Translations under genes and position numbers: made by a program | Notes under the pieces: generated by a model | What the model was told of the DNA's origin: nothing | Seen by the model: only the letters and a program-made list of their open reading frames with translations | Database searches by the model: none | NCBI RefSeq assembly: GCF_006345805.1 | Contig: NC_042997.1 | Location: 174,158,001 to 174,222,000 of the forward strand | From: Octopus sinensis | Lineage: Eukaryota | Length of the DNA: 64,000 nt | Reading direction: 5' to 3' | In this document: positions 24,435 through 37,849 of the stretch, piece after piece | Numbering within the stretch: position 1 is the first letter of the stretch | Layout: each line of letters opens with the position of its first letter

Positions 24435-26549
24435 TATATACGTATATACATATTATAAATAGGTGTGTGTGTGTGTGTATGTGTGTGTAAGTGTGTGTGT
24501 GTGTATGTGTGTGTAAGTGTATGTGTGTGTGTGTGTGTGCGCCCGTGTGTGTATATATATACCACCAAATATGTAAACCTCTGAGTTTGTATAATAAAAT
24601 AGTTTTCAACTCCCAAATTTTGTATGGAAGTTGAGTGCGTGGAGATACGTGAACCCTCAATCGTCAAGCAAGGAAAATTTTCGTACTTCATTTAAGGACA
24701 ACTGTATTAGTTGGCTCTAGGTCTACTCACGAAGCTATTTTTTCTGAAGCAGTGGTAACTCGCACGCCTTTGCTAATAGGAGAATCTTGAAAGTGAAAAT
24801 TGCAAACTGCTGTGTTTAAACAAAAAAAAGAAAATGAAAAAAAAAGTAGTACATTAAATACCTTCAAAATAACTATGAAAAAAATCAAACGAGGTAGCAA
24901 AAGAAGTGCATAACAACATTACACATTTGTTTAAGAACATGGCCAGTTATACGGATTTGTCATATTCAGACAATGCATTAGGGTGTAGGGCAACTTGAAC
25001 TTTGCAGAGTTATAACTCAAAAATTAGCTTCAGATTACGTGATTTTAACAATATCTGATGCATATTCGAAGGGATTGATAACATTATGAGGTTCTGCTTA
25101 GGAAATACTATGGGGAAATGTTTTCTATTTACCGATATTTTATTGAACCTAGAACTAATTTAATCAAGAAAAATAGATCTGTTTTGTTTTTTTTTTAAAT
25201 TGAGATTGTTTTGGTAAAAAGAGAGAGTTTTACTAAAAAACTGGTAATTATATATCAGGAAATAAGAAACTAGTAACAATGATACCAGGTCATACAGATA
25301 TATTAAGAAAACGGGAAAGCAAATATCGGTAAATAGAAAACCTTTTTCATATAGTAAATCTTTAGCAGAATTAGAGAAAGAAGGAGTACGAAAAGAAATA
25401 ATAGATATAGTCTATATTTCAAATTGATTACAAGTTAAATCACTCAACAAAAGCATAATTAGTCAAAGGTGGAAAAAATACTGAGAAGAATCGATAAATA
25501 CTATCGAACATTACTCCTCCGATATCTAAACCAGATCTCTCAGCGTAGATAGCGTATCAATACTGAACAAATTAAACAAAGAATTCGTTGGCTTCGAACG
25601 AGCCGTATTCCTTCAAACGATATTCAATCACAGACAGGCTTGTTATGGAATCGCCTTTATGTTTTTGTGAATACTATTCACAAACTTTATGGTGTTATTC
25701 GTTCTAAAGCAAAAATTACCAGTCTTAGAGAGAGGACATTTTAAAACTGGTCTTAAAAGCTTCCAAGGTGGGAGATGCCATTCATTTTAAAGGTTACACC
25801 AGCCACAAACAAGAGCTTGTAATTCATGGAGATTACAAAAAGATTTAATGGAAACATTTAATATTTCTTCATCTCTGCTTTTACCCTTTTTTTTTATTTC
25901 TGGTTTCTATTATCTTTTTGTTTCTTCTTATATATAAGGGGTATTATATACCTTTCTCATTCTGTCATGGCTTATCAACTTTACACGGACACTTAAATTG
26001 ATTAACTAAATAAATAAAAACAATAGGCGAAAGCTACCTGATAGATCTCACACACACATATACGCTATATATCTATATAAATGAATAGATAGCATCTATA
26101 TATTTCAAAATGTAATGTGTGTGTGTGTTTGTGTGTGTCGGTTGGTGGTTATGGCGAAACTTGGTATTCAACTCGATGCCACGTATTGCGTTCTCTATTC
26201 ACTCTATATCGTTTTATTTATACATAAATACAATATTCATACATAAAAACAAACATTTATATTTCTATATAAACATATATACATGTATGTATGCATGTAT
26301 GTATGTATGTGTGTATGTATATATATATATATGTGTGTGTGTGTATTTTGTATATGTATGTACGTAAGTATGTATGTGTGTATATATATAAACATATGTA
26401 TATATGTATATATGTATATATGTGTGTATATATATATGTATATGTGTGTGTGTGTATGTATGTATTGACACTACATTCACGATACTACTTTCACTCAAAA
26501 ACTCCCTTTATCCAGCTCTCACATCTTTCCCTGTCCTTTTGTTCCCTCC

Positions 26550-26796
<247 letters not shown>

Positions 26797-27413
26797 CACT
26801 TCTCACTCCAGTTGTCCCCTTCTTCATGCTCCGCCACTCACATTCCAGCATCCCTCACTTTCTCGTTCTACTTTATCGTTATTATCTTCCATTCTCTTCT
26901 CTCCATAACTCTGTCGCTTTCATTAATTTAATTGTTAATAATGTCTGGCAGAAGATTTGCTAGAGAAATGCGCCACCTCCAGAAATGGAATAACACTGTT
27001 GTGTTGTAAACGTGGTAGGGTGTGGGCATTGGGATTGAAGTATTTCGCGGTGTGTTGGCGGTGGTGGTGTTCTTGTATGGAATAGTGTGGAATAGTGTGG
27101 TGGTGGTGGTGGTGTGGAATAGTGTGGAATAGTGTGGTGGGGGTGGTGCTGTGTGATGTGTTTCGGTGTTGTCTGGTGTTGCCGTTCGTGATATTGATTG
27201 GAAAGGTAACTCTTGCCAAAATAATTACGAAGACGACTTGCCAAAACCACTACGAAAGAATTCAGTATGAACCCAACATACTACCAACACCATCATCATC
27301 GTCATCATCATCATCAACAACATCATCTCCATTATCGTCGTGTTTATTTTGATCATGATCTTACTCCCCACTTCTCGTCGTCGTCGTCGTCATCTTGGTC
27401 ATCATCATTGCCG

Positions 27414-27460
<47 letters not shown>

Positions 27461-28244
27461 GTTGTTGTCGTCATCATCATCATCACCTATGGTTTTTCTA
27501 ATCTAGTTTATAAGCTCAAATCTAGTCGCTAGCCGCCGTTGCCATTAACACTAGTTAGTACACGATAAAATTATATATACCAGTAATTTATTGTGATCGC
27601 ATTCATTGGTTGGTTATAGTCTTTAAAAAAAACCTTTTTAACTCTTCTATGCATCATCATCGACATCGTCATCATAATCGTCATCATGAACATCATCATC
27701 GAAAACCAAGGCAGTAAAGCTTTACTACTACTACCGCTACAAAACTCGAGCTAACGCGTGAGCTTCATTGTGGTCGCTCGACCAGCCAAACCGATTTCAC
27801 ATTACAGTTTTACTGAAGAGCTAAATAATTGAGGTTACTGGCTGCTATCGGCGTGTTGTTTGAGTTCTAATTCTATTTGAGCATTTTAAAAAATATTTTT
27901 TAATTTTTAGTTCTATAAAACGAGATTTATGTACTATACTTACTTTCCGAACAGTGATGATTCGAAACCTCTTTTAATCCACACCAATTTACAAGCAGGA
28001 ACTTCAAATTCCTGTAAATATATATTTTTATACTGGGCTGTTATTTTTATCCATGATCAATTAAAATTCAGAGTCACTGTCAAATTAACCTTTCCCTGCC
28101 ACTGCCCTATTACTACAAGGGAGAAAACTCATGTGGTGACATGATGCACCTACAGTATGGTAAAGGTTAAATTCGAGTGATCTTTTAGTAAATGTTTTAC
28201 GTATCAGTATACATTAAAAAACAACAGCACCCCAATGTTTATCT

Positions 28245-28478
28245 ATCTTATGCGTGTTTCAGTCATTGGACTGTGACCAAGTTGGGGTACCGTATTGTAG
28301 AGTATAGCTGAACAAATCAGGTATTTATTTTATAATTCACTTGTTGAACTTCTCAGCTACAGAGACATAAATACACCAATACACACCAGTTGTCAAGTGG
28401 TAGTGAGGGACAAGCACATACACAAAGACTCACTTACACATATACATGCATACATACATACATACATACATACATACA

Positions 28479-28510
<32 letters not shown>

Positions 28511-28577
28511 CAATGGACTTCTTTCAGTTTCCATCTATCAAATCCATTCACAAGGCTTTGATTGGCCCAAGGCTTGG
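28245..28577 (-). mobile_element. SINE family B, diverged, head truncated
   Basis: Tail gtttcagtcattggactg and body cttctttcagtttccatctatcaaatccattcacaaggc flank (CATA)n. Confidence 0.75.
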
Positions 28578-28612
28578 ACAGAAGGGTATTAAGAAACTTG
28601 TATCATTTAGAC

Positions 28613-28946
28613 CAGCGGTTCTCAACCAGAGTCCATACGGCCATGTAAAATTTTTGGGAGTCCTTGCAACAAAATAGTTAATCGGGGGTCCACAATAGTA
28701 TTTGAAAGGTACTTGAAAAACTTTTGCTTCAGATGTGTGTATTGGAATGCATTGCAAGAAACAGTTAGGTTTCTTTTTACACACAGTTCAACCTACACAA
28801 GTTAATATGTAAAAAAGACAAAATAAGAATTTTAAAAGAAATATCAATGAAACTAGTTTTAAACACCGAATGGCGATGAAGACCCATCAGAATAAAATAG
28901 TGTTCAAAGGGTCCATAGATATTAGAAAAATGGTTGAGAAACCTTG
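28613..28946. mobile_element. hAT/Charlie MITE with 8-bp TSD ATTTAGAC
   Basis: TIRs cagcggttctcaacc / ggttgagaaaccttg. ATTTAGAC at 28605-28612 and 28947-28954. Confidence 0.92.
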
Positions 28947-29004
28947 ATTTAGACTAATGTACAGGTAGCTGTATTTCATGTAATTATTTAAATAAATTTA
29001 ATAC

Positions 29005-29165
29005 GTGCAGGGTTGGCTGTGTGGTAAGAAGCTTACTTCTTAACCACATGGTTCCGGGTTCAGTCCTACTGCGTGGCACCTTGGGCAAGTGTCTTCTCCT
29101 ACAGCCTCGGGCCGATCAAAACCTTGTGAAAGGATTTGGTAGACGGAAACTGAAAGAACCTCGCC

Positions 29166-29237
<72 letters not shown>

Positions 29238-29478
29238 TTGTGTGTGTGTGTATGTGTGTGTGTATGTATGTATATTTGTGTCTTTGTTCCCCTACTTACG
29301 CTTGACAACCAATGTTCGTGTGTTTACGTCCCTGTAAACTAGTGGTTCGGCAAAAAAGAACGACGGAACTAGTACAAGAATAACAAATCTGGGGTCGATT
29401 TCTTCAACCAAAACCCTCTGAGGCGATACTCCAGCATGGCTGCAGTCAAATGACAAACAAATAAAAGAATAAAAGAAT
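29005..29478 (+). mobile_element. SINE family B, full length
   Basis: A box tggctgtgtgg, B box ggttcagtcc, internal (TA)(TG) tract, aaaagaataaaagaat tail. Confidence 0.92.
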
Positions 29479-30069
29479 TTGCTTAATTTAAAGTGTGGCC
29501 ACCCCGTGTTCGGAGAAGTCAGTAATTCGGATAGGCTCTGGAACCTAATGTCTGCGTAATCGATGATATACTTGTACTAGAAATATACTGCATCAACTCA
29601 ATATGCAAAAGAAACGGTGTACTATATCTAGATTTGGCAGTGGTTGCAAGACTATACATTGTATGGTAGTCAAATTCTAGATTTAATCGACTTCCTAATT
29701 CCTTCAACATTGTCTTGGCAAACAGAGCGAAGTCTATTCTTTACTGAGGAAAACTAATGAGAACAAAATGTTCCCGAAATTGTCTGTTGTTCATGATGGA
29801 ATAATTAGAACATTAGCCATAAAAGAATATTGTCTTTTTTCCACTGCATAATTATATCTAATTAAATACTCAATCCGAGAAATATGGTAGCATCAATTTC
29901 ATGGTAGCTAACCAAAGTATTGTGAATTAACTTCAGATTTCTCCGAGATTATATCACTTTCTGTTTCTTCTAAATATATAAACACAGTATCAAATACCAG
30001 GTATATTTTCTGTTACTGCAACTGGCACATACACACACATACGTGCACGCGCGAGCACATACACTTTAA

Positions 30070-30540
30070 ATATATGTATGTCAGTTGAGAAGTTCGCTTA
30101 ACAACATTGTGGTTCGAAGTTCGTTCCTCATACGTGGCATTTTGCAGTATTTTGATATCAAGATAGTTACCTCTACGTCAAAGAGAATTTAGCCATTTGT
30201 TAAACAAGTAGAGATTGATGATAGAGCTGGTGAAAAAAAGACAATATTCTTCAATGGCTAATATTCTAATTATTCCATCATACATATATCTAGTACAAGC
30301 ATATACATATACTTTTCAGCTCTCTTTCTATGATAGCTTGTTGGCTTGAAGGGGTTTGTCTGATTATATCAAACCCAGAATTTAGTTACTTAACCCCTAC
30401 TTGTTTAACAAATGACTAAATTCTCTTTGACGCAGAGGTAACTATCTTGATATCAAAATACTGCAAAGTGCCACGTATGAGGATCGAACTTAGAACTACA
30501 ATGTTGTTAAGCGAACTTCTCAATTGGCATACACATATAT
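30070..30540. repeat. ~142-bp inverted duplication (30070-30211 / 30397-30540)
   Basis: About 8 substitutions between arms by manual alignment. Includes a SINE-B-like head fragment plus unique sequence. Confidence 0.92.
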
Positions 30541-31242
30541 TTATTTTTCGTCTGCAATAGCTTCGACTCGTGCCAAGTCAAACAAAATCATTATATTTTC
30601 GTCTGGAAAATATTAAGACAAATCGAAGAAAAATAAAATGTCGAAAATAACGATAACAAGTAAAAAAAATTTCAAAAATAAAAACAAGTATAAAAATGAA
30701 ATTAAAATTACAGAAGCAGTAGACGATTTTATGCAGTATTAAAGTGAATGAAGAGCTATTGTAATTAACTGAAATGAGCTGCTGTTGCTAATGTTAATGT
30801 CGTCTGCTACGAACACATCAAATAGATGTGCCGCCATATTGGCTAATCAATGCAGATAGTACTTCTGTGATAATTATTGTCGTTGCTATACTCGTTACAG
30901 TCTCGTTGCTTTCCTCTTATCTTCTGCAACCAAAGCAAGTGTCTTGTGTTATTCATTTAATCACCTACGTCATGACCACCAGCAGTATTAGCAGCAGCTC
31001 AGTACATATTTACCATTAAACATGACCAATACTTCATCTTCCCTCCACATCCATAAACATTACCTCCATCACCACCACCACCAGCATCAACAACAATATA
31101 TATATTACTCCCCACTCACCATCATCAGTGAGTCAACAAAAGATCCTCCACCTGGTGTGCTTAGAATTCTAGAAATAGAAGCCAAATCCCTCCTTGAATT
31201 ACTCCTTTCCTACCTATCTACCTTTTAATATGCTTAACCTTA

Positions 31243-31700
<458 letters not shown>

Positions 31701-31759
31701 ATTATTATTATTATTAATATATATATATAATTATATATATATATTTGAATTTAGTTCAC

Positions 31760-31824
31760 GCCCCCCCCCCAGCACTACCTTTGCGGACCACTAGGATCCG
31801 CGGACTTCAGGTTGAGAACCACTG
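31760..31824 (+). mobile_element. Solo right end of a hAT/Charlie MITE
   Basis: ggttgagaaccactg at 31810-31824 followed by ttctagac. Confidence 0.7.
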
Positions 31825-32480
31825 TTCTAGACAGACCCGTAAAACGACTGGTAGTCTTGGCTGGAATGCTTTTGATCAACAAAAATAACTAAAAGACTAT
31901 CGTATACCAATAACCACGATCATTCTCATCCCCAATACAATTAACATCATGTGACTCCTCGTAGTCGCTCAACACGTTAGACTTACAAGCAACTCTCTCT
32001 CTCAAATCACACCATCACACTCAACATTAGGGGTTCTCGATTTGACACTGCAACGGGAATTTAAGAGCTCTATGGTTTTAAAAGAAAATTTAAAGTTTTA
32101 GAAAATCTATGCTATTACTTGAATATTGTGCTGTTCATGGTCTTGCTTTACTGAAGTATTCATGATTAAAAACAAAGCGTAGGTTATTATTTTATTAGCG
32201 ATGGAAGCAGGATTAATACCACGAACTTAAACATGGATTCATACTTGAACACCGAATACTGCGTTATTAGGGTTATATTTCTCTATGTATTTTTATGAAA
32301 TTTTCTGTTTTAGACATTTACTTTTAATTTTCAATACGAAGTACACCAGTTTAATATTTTTTTTTATCTAAAAACTACCCTAATGTCATTGTTATGTTGT
32401 CCTAAAAAAAGAAAAAAACGACACTTCTCAGTTGTTGTCCAGAATTCATACTTTCTGAAAAACAGAAAAGAGGTATTAAA

Positions 32481-32711
32481 TTTTTTTATTGCCCACATGG
32501 GGCTAAACATACGCGGGACAAACAAGGACAGACAAACGAATTAAGTCGATTACCTCGACCCCAGTGCGTTACTAGTACTTAATTTATCGACCCCGTAAGG
32601 ATGAATGGCAAAGTCGACCTCGGCGGAATTTGAACTCAGAACGTAACGGCAGACGAAATACCGCAAAGCATTTCGCACGGCGTGCTAACGATTCTGCCAG
32701 CTCGCCGCCCT
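32481..32711 (-). mobile_element. SINE family A (tRNA head, Meta-domain-like centre), full length with TSD
   Basis: Reverse complement of ggcggcgagctggcagaatcgttagc...cctttcatcc...ggggtcgataaattaagtac. aagaggtatta flanks both sides. Confidence 0.92.
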
Positions 32712-32989
32712 AAATAAAGAGGTATTAGTCATAAATGGAACGTCATTGCTCACAAGTCAATTCCATCTAACAATTACAGCACTACCAAAATCACAGCCAT
32801 CGACTGCTCATCTGTTATCTGCATATAACCAACAACATCATCCCCACCACCACCACCATCATAACCAGAATCATCACCCACCAACAACATTGATATTGTG
32901 AACACTTCCAATCTCCTGCCACAATACAGACCGCTGCCACGAGTAACGCCACAGCACTAATCCCCTATATATACGTATCATATATATAT

Positions 32990-33190
32990 GATTCGTGACC
33001 GCGTGTGTATCGTTGGCGATGTTTTTCCTCCGTCTTCCCTTCCTCGGATCTTTCCTTTTCCTATGTTTCTGACGAAGAGCTCCGCTCGAAACGTTAGATC
33101 CTCCTTCGTTCTTTCCTTTCCTGAGCGTCCAATAACACTATACTTGTTCTACGTCCTCGCGTTTTTGTGTTTTCATGTTTGGATTAACTA
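32990..33190 (+). mobile_element. Probable Penelope pLTR fragment with hammerhead-like motif at 33065-33099
   Basis: gttt CTGACGA A gagc-tcc-gctc GAAA cg TT agat, embedded between (TA)n tracts. Confidence 0.45.
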
Positions 33191-33290
<100 letters not shown>

Positions 33291-33876
33291 GATACATAAT
33301 GTATGTGTGTGTGCGTGTGTGTATACACGCATACACATATCGTGCTACATCTTAAGAAGCCAAGAATAAAAAACATACGCACTGGTTCAATATTACTTCT
33401 TTATTGTAATTAAGCGGATAAATACCTAACCAACTAACAAGTCGATCGTTTGTTGAACGTGTTGGTTAATCAACCAATCGGTTGTTGATCTGTCTATATA
33501 TATATGCACATTTATGTGTGCGTGTATGTGTGTGCATAGGTGACCCTACAAACGCGTTTGCGCGTCCGTGAGCGTGCTTGTCTACGTATATATTGTCATA
33601 CCTTAATACTAGGTGGACTGGTTTTCGCCTCGACGGACCTTTGATATTGTATAAAGTGCTAAATACATATGTCATGCAAATAAGTAACGCCTGTAGTCTC
33701 TGAAGCAACGAGATTTTAAACTACTGGCGTCATTCGCTTCTAAATGGATGGGCTACTTCCTTCTTTGGGATTGGTGATTAAGACGGCTGCTAAAGGATTT
33801 GCACTCGTGTACTTCGCCGCAGCATCATTTCTATAGTTGCAATGCTTTTTCATAAATTAATATTTCTAACTTTATA

Positions 33877-34109
33877 AGGCAGCGAGCTAGCAGAAACGTT
33901 AGCACGCCGGGCGAAATGCTTAGCAGTATTTCGTCTGCCGCTACGTTCTGAGTTCAAATTCCGCCGAGGTCGACTTTGCCTTTCATCCTTTCGGGGTCGA
34001 TTAAATAAGTGCCAGTTACGCACTGGGGTCGATATAATCGACTTAATCCGTTTGTCTGTCCTTGTTTGTCCTCTCTGTGTTTAGCCCCTTGTGGGTTGTG
34101 AAGAAATAG
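33877..34109 (+). mobile_element. SINE family A, full length
   Basis: Same consensus as 32481, with B box gagttcaaattcc. Confidence 0.92.
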
Positions 34110-34243
34110 GATTGGTGAAGCGTTGTCGACGGACGCCCCACCGCCCACATAGTTCGAAAATAGAATAAAGCAATACGCTATTTTCTTTAATCAACAGAGA
34201 TCGATGCATGGATATATGGTCGATTCAACGCTAAATTAAAAGT

Positions 34244-34320
34244 CAGGTGCCATGCAGTGGGACTGAACCCAGAACCATGCGGTTGGGAAGCAAACTCTTT
34301 CCCACACTGCCACACCTACA
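34244..34320 (-). mobile_element. SINE family B head fragment
   Basis: gcagtgggactgaacccagaaccatgcggttgggaagc. Confidence 0.85.
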
Positions 34321-35562
34321 TGTCGATATCAGTATATTTGTTTATATGTATGTGTGTGTATGTGTGTGTGCGTGTATGTGTGAATGTGTGTGTGTGTATA
34401 TGTGTGTGTCTGGTTCTGTGTGTGTGTCTGTGATTGTGTTTGTCTATGTGTGCGTGAGTGATATTTTCGCGCTGGTGTGACTGTATGTGAGTATGTTAGT
34501 GCGTGAATAAGGGTGTGTTTGCCTGCAATAGGGAGCATGTTTATACGTGTGTATGAGTGTGTGTGTTGTGTGTGTGTGAGTGTGTGTGTGTGTACGCCCC
34601 TGTGTGTGAGCGTGTGAGTGTGTATAATGCAGTTGACGTCCATTCCCCTATACCAGTCATCGCAAGCATCGGTCTTCTCTGACACCCGAACTCGTCACCT
34701 TTAACATCAACAGCCCCAACCTCACCACCCATATAGCCAACCGCAACCCTTCATTCCCCTTCTCTCATCGCAACCCTTTATTTCCTACACCTACAGGCAC
34801 ACGCACAAACACGCACACACGCACGCACACAGGGAGCACACAGAGCGACGTGTATACACGCACATACACACAAACACATACACGATACCGCAATCACACC
34901 ACATCATTCCATTTCTACGAATGTCTATCATCCAGAGGTTTTATAAAAACCCATCCCGGTTAATTTTTGTTGTTTTCGTTCTTTGTTTCTGGACCTCTTC
35001 TTGTGATCCCTTTGTCTCCTGCTACTCCCACCAGCACCATAACAGCTTTCTCTCTCTCTCATTCTCTCTCTCTAATACCACTCTAACCTTTATACAATGC
35101 TCTCTTTCCACCCACCTCACAACCTCCATTGGCGACCTTCTGGTTTCTACTTCTATATACAGCCACCTCCGACTCGTTTTGACGATATGTCTCTACGCCT
35201 CTGCATGTTTTATTTAGCTTGCTTGCTTTTGTGCATGGATGTGTATGTGCGCCGCTACACACACACACACACACACACAAACACACAGACACATATACAC
35301 ATATATATGTACAGATATATATGTGTGTGTGTGAGTGTGTATTGATGTATGTATATATATATTTGTATATGTATGTATGCACGTAGGTATGTGTGTATGT
35401 ATGCATGCATGCATGTATGTATATGCAGCGCGAGCACACATACATACACGCATATATATACATTTATATATATATATATATATATATTTGTCCCATTTTA
35501 TATATTTTTATACATACATATATATATATATACACACACATATATTATATGTATGTACACAC

Positions 35563-35645
<83 letters not shown>

Positions 35646-36224
35646 CTAATACATATTATGCACGTATATACACATACGCACACATGCACACATATGCCTA
35701 CATATATATATGCATGTGTGTATCTATGTGTTTTGTTCAACGCATGTTTATGTCTCTCTGAGTGTAGAGTATTGTTATATGTTCTTGTGTGTATGTATAC
35801 GCGTATGTATGATTATATATTTATATCTGTCTGTGTGTGTGTCTACATGTATGTGAATACAGAAGCGAGCGTGTTTCTGATCTGGTCATGTGTATTTCGG
35901 AATATCGTTTGTTTTCCATTCAACCTTTGTCAAAGTTCAACGTTCAAAGAAAGAAAAAGAAGAAAAGACAGAGATATGTATTTGAAAGGGTAGTGGTGGT
36001 GGTGGCGGTGGGTTAAAATATTTCCTCTAAATTGAAATTAATCGGTCGACCTAAAATAGGGAGAGAGAGAGAGAGAGAAAGAAAAAAAATCAAAAGAACG
36101 AAAATAATGGAGACAAGAGTGTCGAAGTGAAATTGTGAAAGGAATGAATACTTAAATACATAAATATAGATATAACAAAAGGGAAACCAAATGGGTGTAA
36201 CCAAATGGAAGTATCTTTTATCAT

Positions 36225-36670
36225 TTGATTTGTATTTGTTTCAGTTGCTTGACTGCGGCCATCTTGGGGCGCGGCCTTGGGGAATTTAGTCCGAACGAAT
36301 CGATTCTAGTACTTGTTTTTTTTTTTTAAGCCTTGTACTTCTTACTTTTCTTTTTTTTTAAGCATGGTTCTTATCCTATCGATCTGTTTTGCCGACTCGT
36401 TAAGTTACGGGGACGAAAATTCACCCACATCAATGATGAGGGACAAAGACAAACGCATATACACACACACACATATACACATACCCCTGCACACACAGAT
36501 ATGTATATATACGCCAGGCTTCTTTCAGTTTCCGTCTACCAAATTCAGTCACAAAGCTTTAGTGGGCTCGAAAATATAGTAATAAGCACTGAAGGTGCCA
36601 CGCGGTTCGCCCGGAAGCCGGACTCTTGTCGTTGAGAAGCGAACTTCTAACTGCACAGTCATGCCTGCAC
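36225..36670 (-). mobile_element. SINE family B, diverged full length
   Basis: Tail, internal (CA)n and head are all recognisable. Confidence 0.8.
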
Positions 36671-36674
36671 CAAT

Positions 36675-36830
36675 AAATAAGGGGTAAAGACGCACTCCGG
36701 TCATGAATGACCATTGTCCATGCATACCAGCCTCCTTCTTCACACTACTGACGTTCAAGTGAAAGGCAAAGTCTGATACAGCTTAGCACCAGTGACGTCG
36801 CAACTCATTTCTACAGCTGACCGAACTGGA
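36675..36830 (-). mobile_element. Fragment of a further dispersed repeat (family E)
   Basis: Reverse complement of the block at 45910-46075 (gcgacgtcactggtactaagctgtat). Confidence 0.7.
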
Positions 36831-36874
36831 TGAACGTGATAAGCACCTCCCCCAAGCTTGGTGGAAGTGCTTAT

Positions 36875-37793
36875 TGGATTGGATTCTCCTGCTTCTGAGG
36901 CATGGTGCAGAGTCCTGTTGCCAGACATAGGGTCTCCCAGCAGCCACCCTCTTGGTCCAGGGCATCACTACCTCCTCTAGGCACTTGATGTAGGCTTCCG
37001 TGTTGAGTCTGAGGCCGTGAAGTAGGATGAATGGAGTTATATATAACAACACAATAACTAGTGGACACTCCAAACGCCTTGATGTTGAGTGGATGTTTGA
37101 TTTTTATCACTATCAGTATATGCTTTGGGGACACGCCAAGCCAACGGTTGTTCTGTGTGTTCACCATCTGATCCTGGCAGAAATATTTGTCGCCTGAGAA
37201 AAACCAAAGCCTGTTCGGTTGGAAGGGATGCTTGTGTTTATTCAAAAGCTTCGTTGCGCGGTCTTTCCTCTTGTCCTTGATGGCTCGGGTTAAACATTGG
37301 CCATTTCTCATCTTGTATGAGGAATATCAAATGTCTTCATGAACTACTTGTGTCATGAAAGACTCAAACACTCCCACTCCGCGGGCAATAGACCTGATTG
37401 ACTTAGAGGAATCGTTATCAATCATAGCCTGAATCTCACCAGCAAATTCAAGAGTTCTTTTCTTACCAGAGTGAGTTTTCCGAGCTGCCGTACCTGCGTA
37501 ATCACCTTTAGATTGATCCAACTCTTTCCGAATCCTCAACACGGTCCTCAGATTGACACCCAAACACTCTGAAATGTTCGCATTGGAGTTTCCGGCGCGA
37601 ATGCCAAGCAGTACAGCATGTCGTTTCCAAATTTCTGGCAGAGTTAATTGCGTCATGGTGGTGTTTTTCTCACAGACGGTGTCCAACTGATCCTGCTATA
37701 CTGTGTAGTCGACAAAATCAAAAACAAAACAATGCGCATGCGTGAAACTAAAACGATAAAATGGCGACAGCAGTTCGCCCACCGCACCCTGTA
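36875..37793 (-). mobile_element. maT (probable DD37D) Tc1/mariner element, 3'-deleted, frameshifted transposase
   Basis: ORFs MTQLTLPEIWKRHAVLLGIRAG..., WFFSGDKYFCQDQMVNTQNNRW, YVWQQDSAPC. TIR TA-cagggtgcggtgggcg at 37793. The third Asp is deleted, so family is assigned by resemblance. Confidence 0.85.
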
Positions 37794-37849
37794 TATATAT
37801 ATATATATATTATATATATATATATATATTATATTAAATTAGAGATAAA

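Noticed and set aside
27050-27140. TGGAATAGTG repeats with spacers (CRISPR-like or satellite-like look)
   Set aside because: A 10-bp minisatellite mixed with (GGT)n in eukaryotic DNA, with no unique spacers or cas genes.
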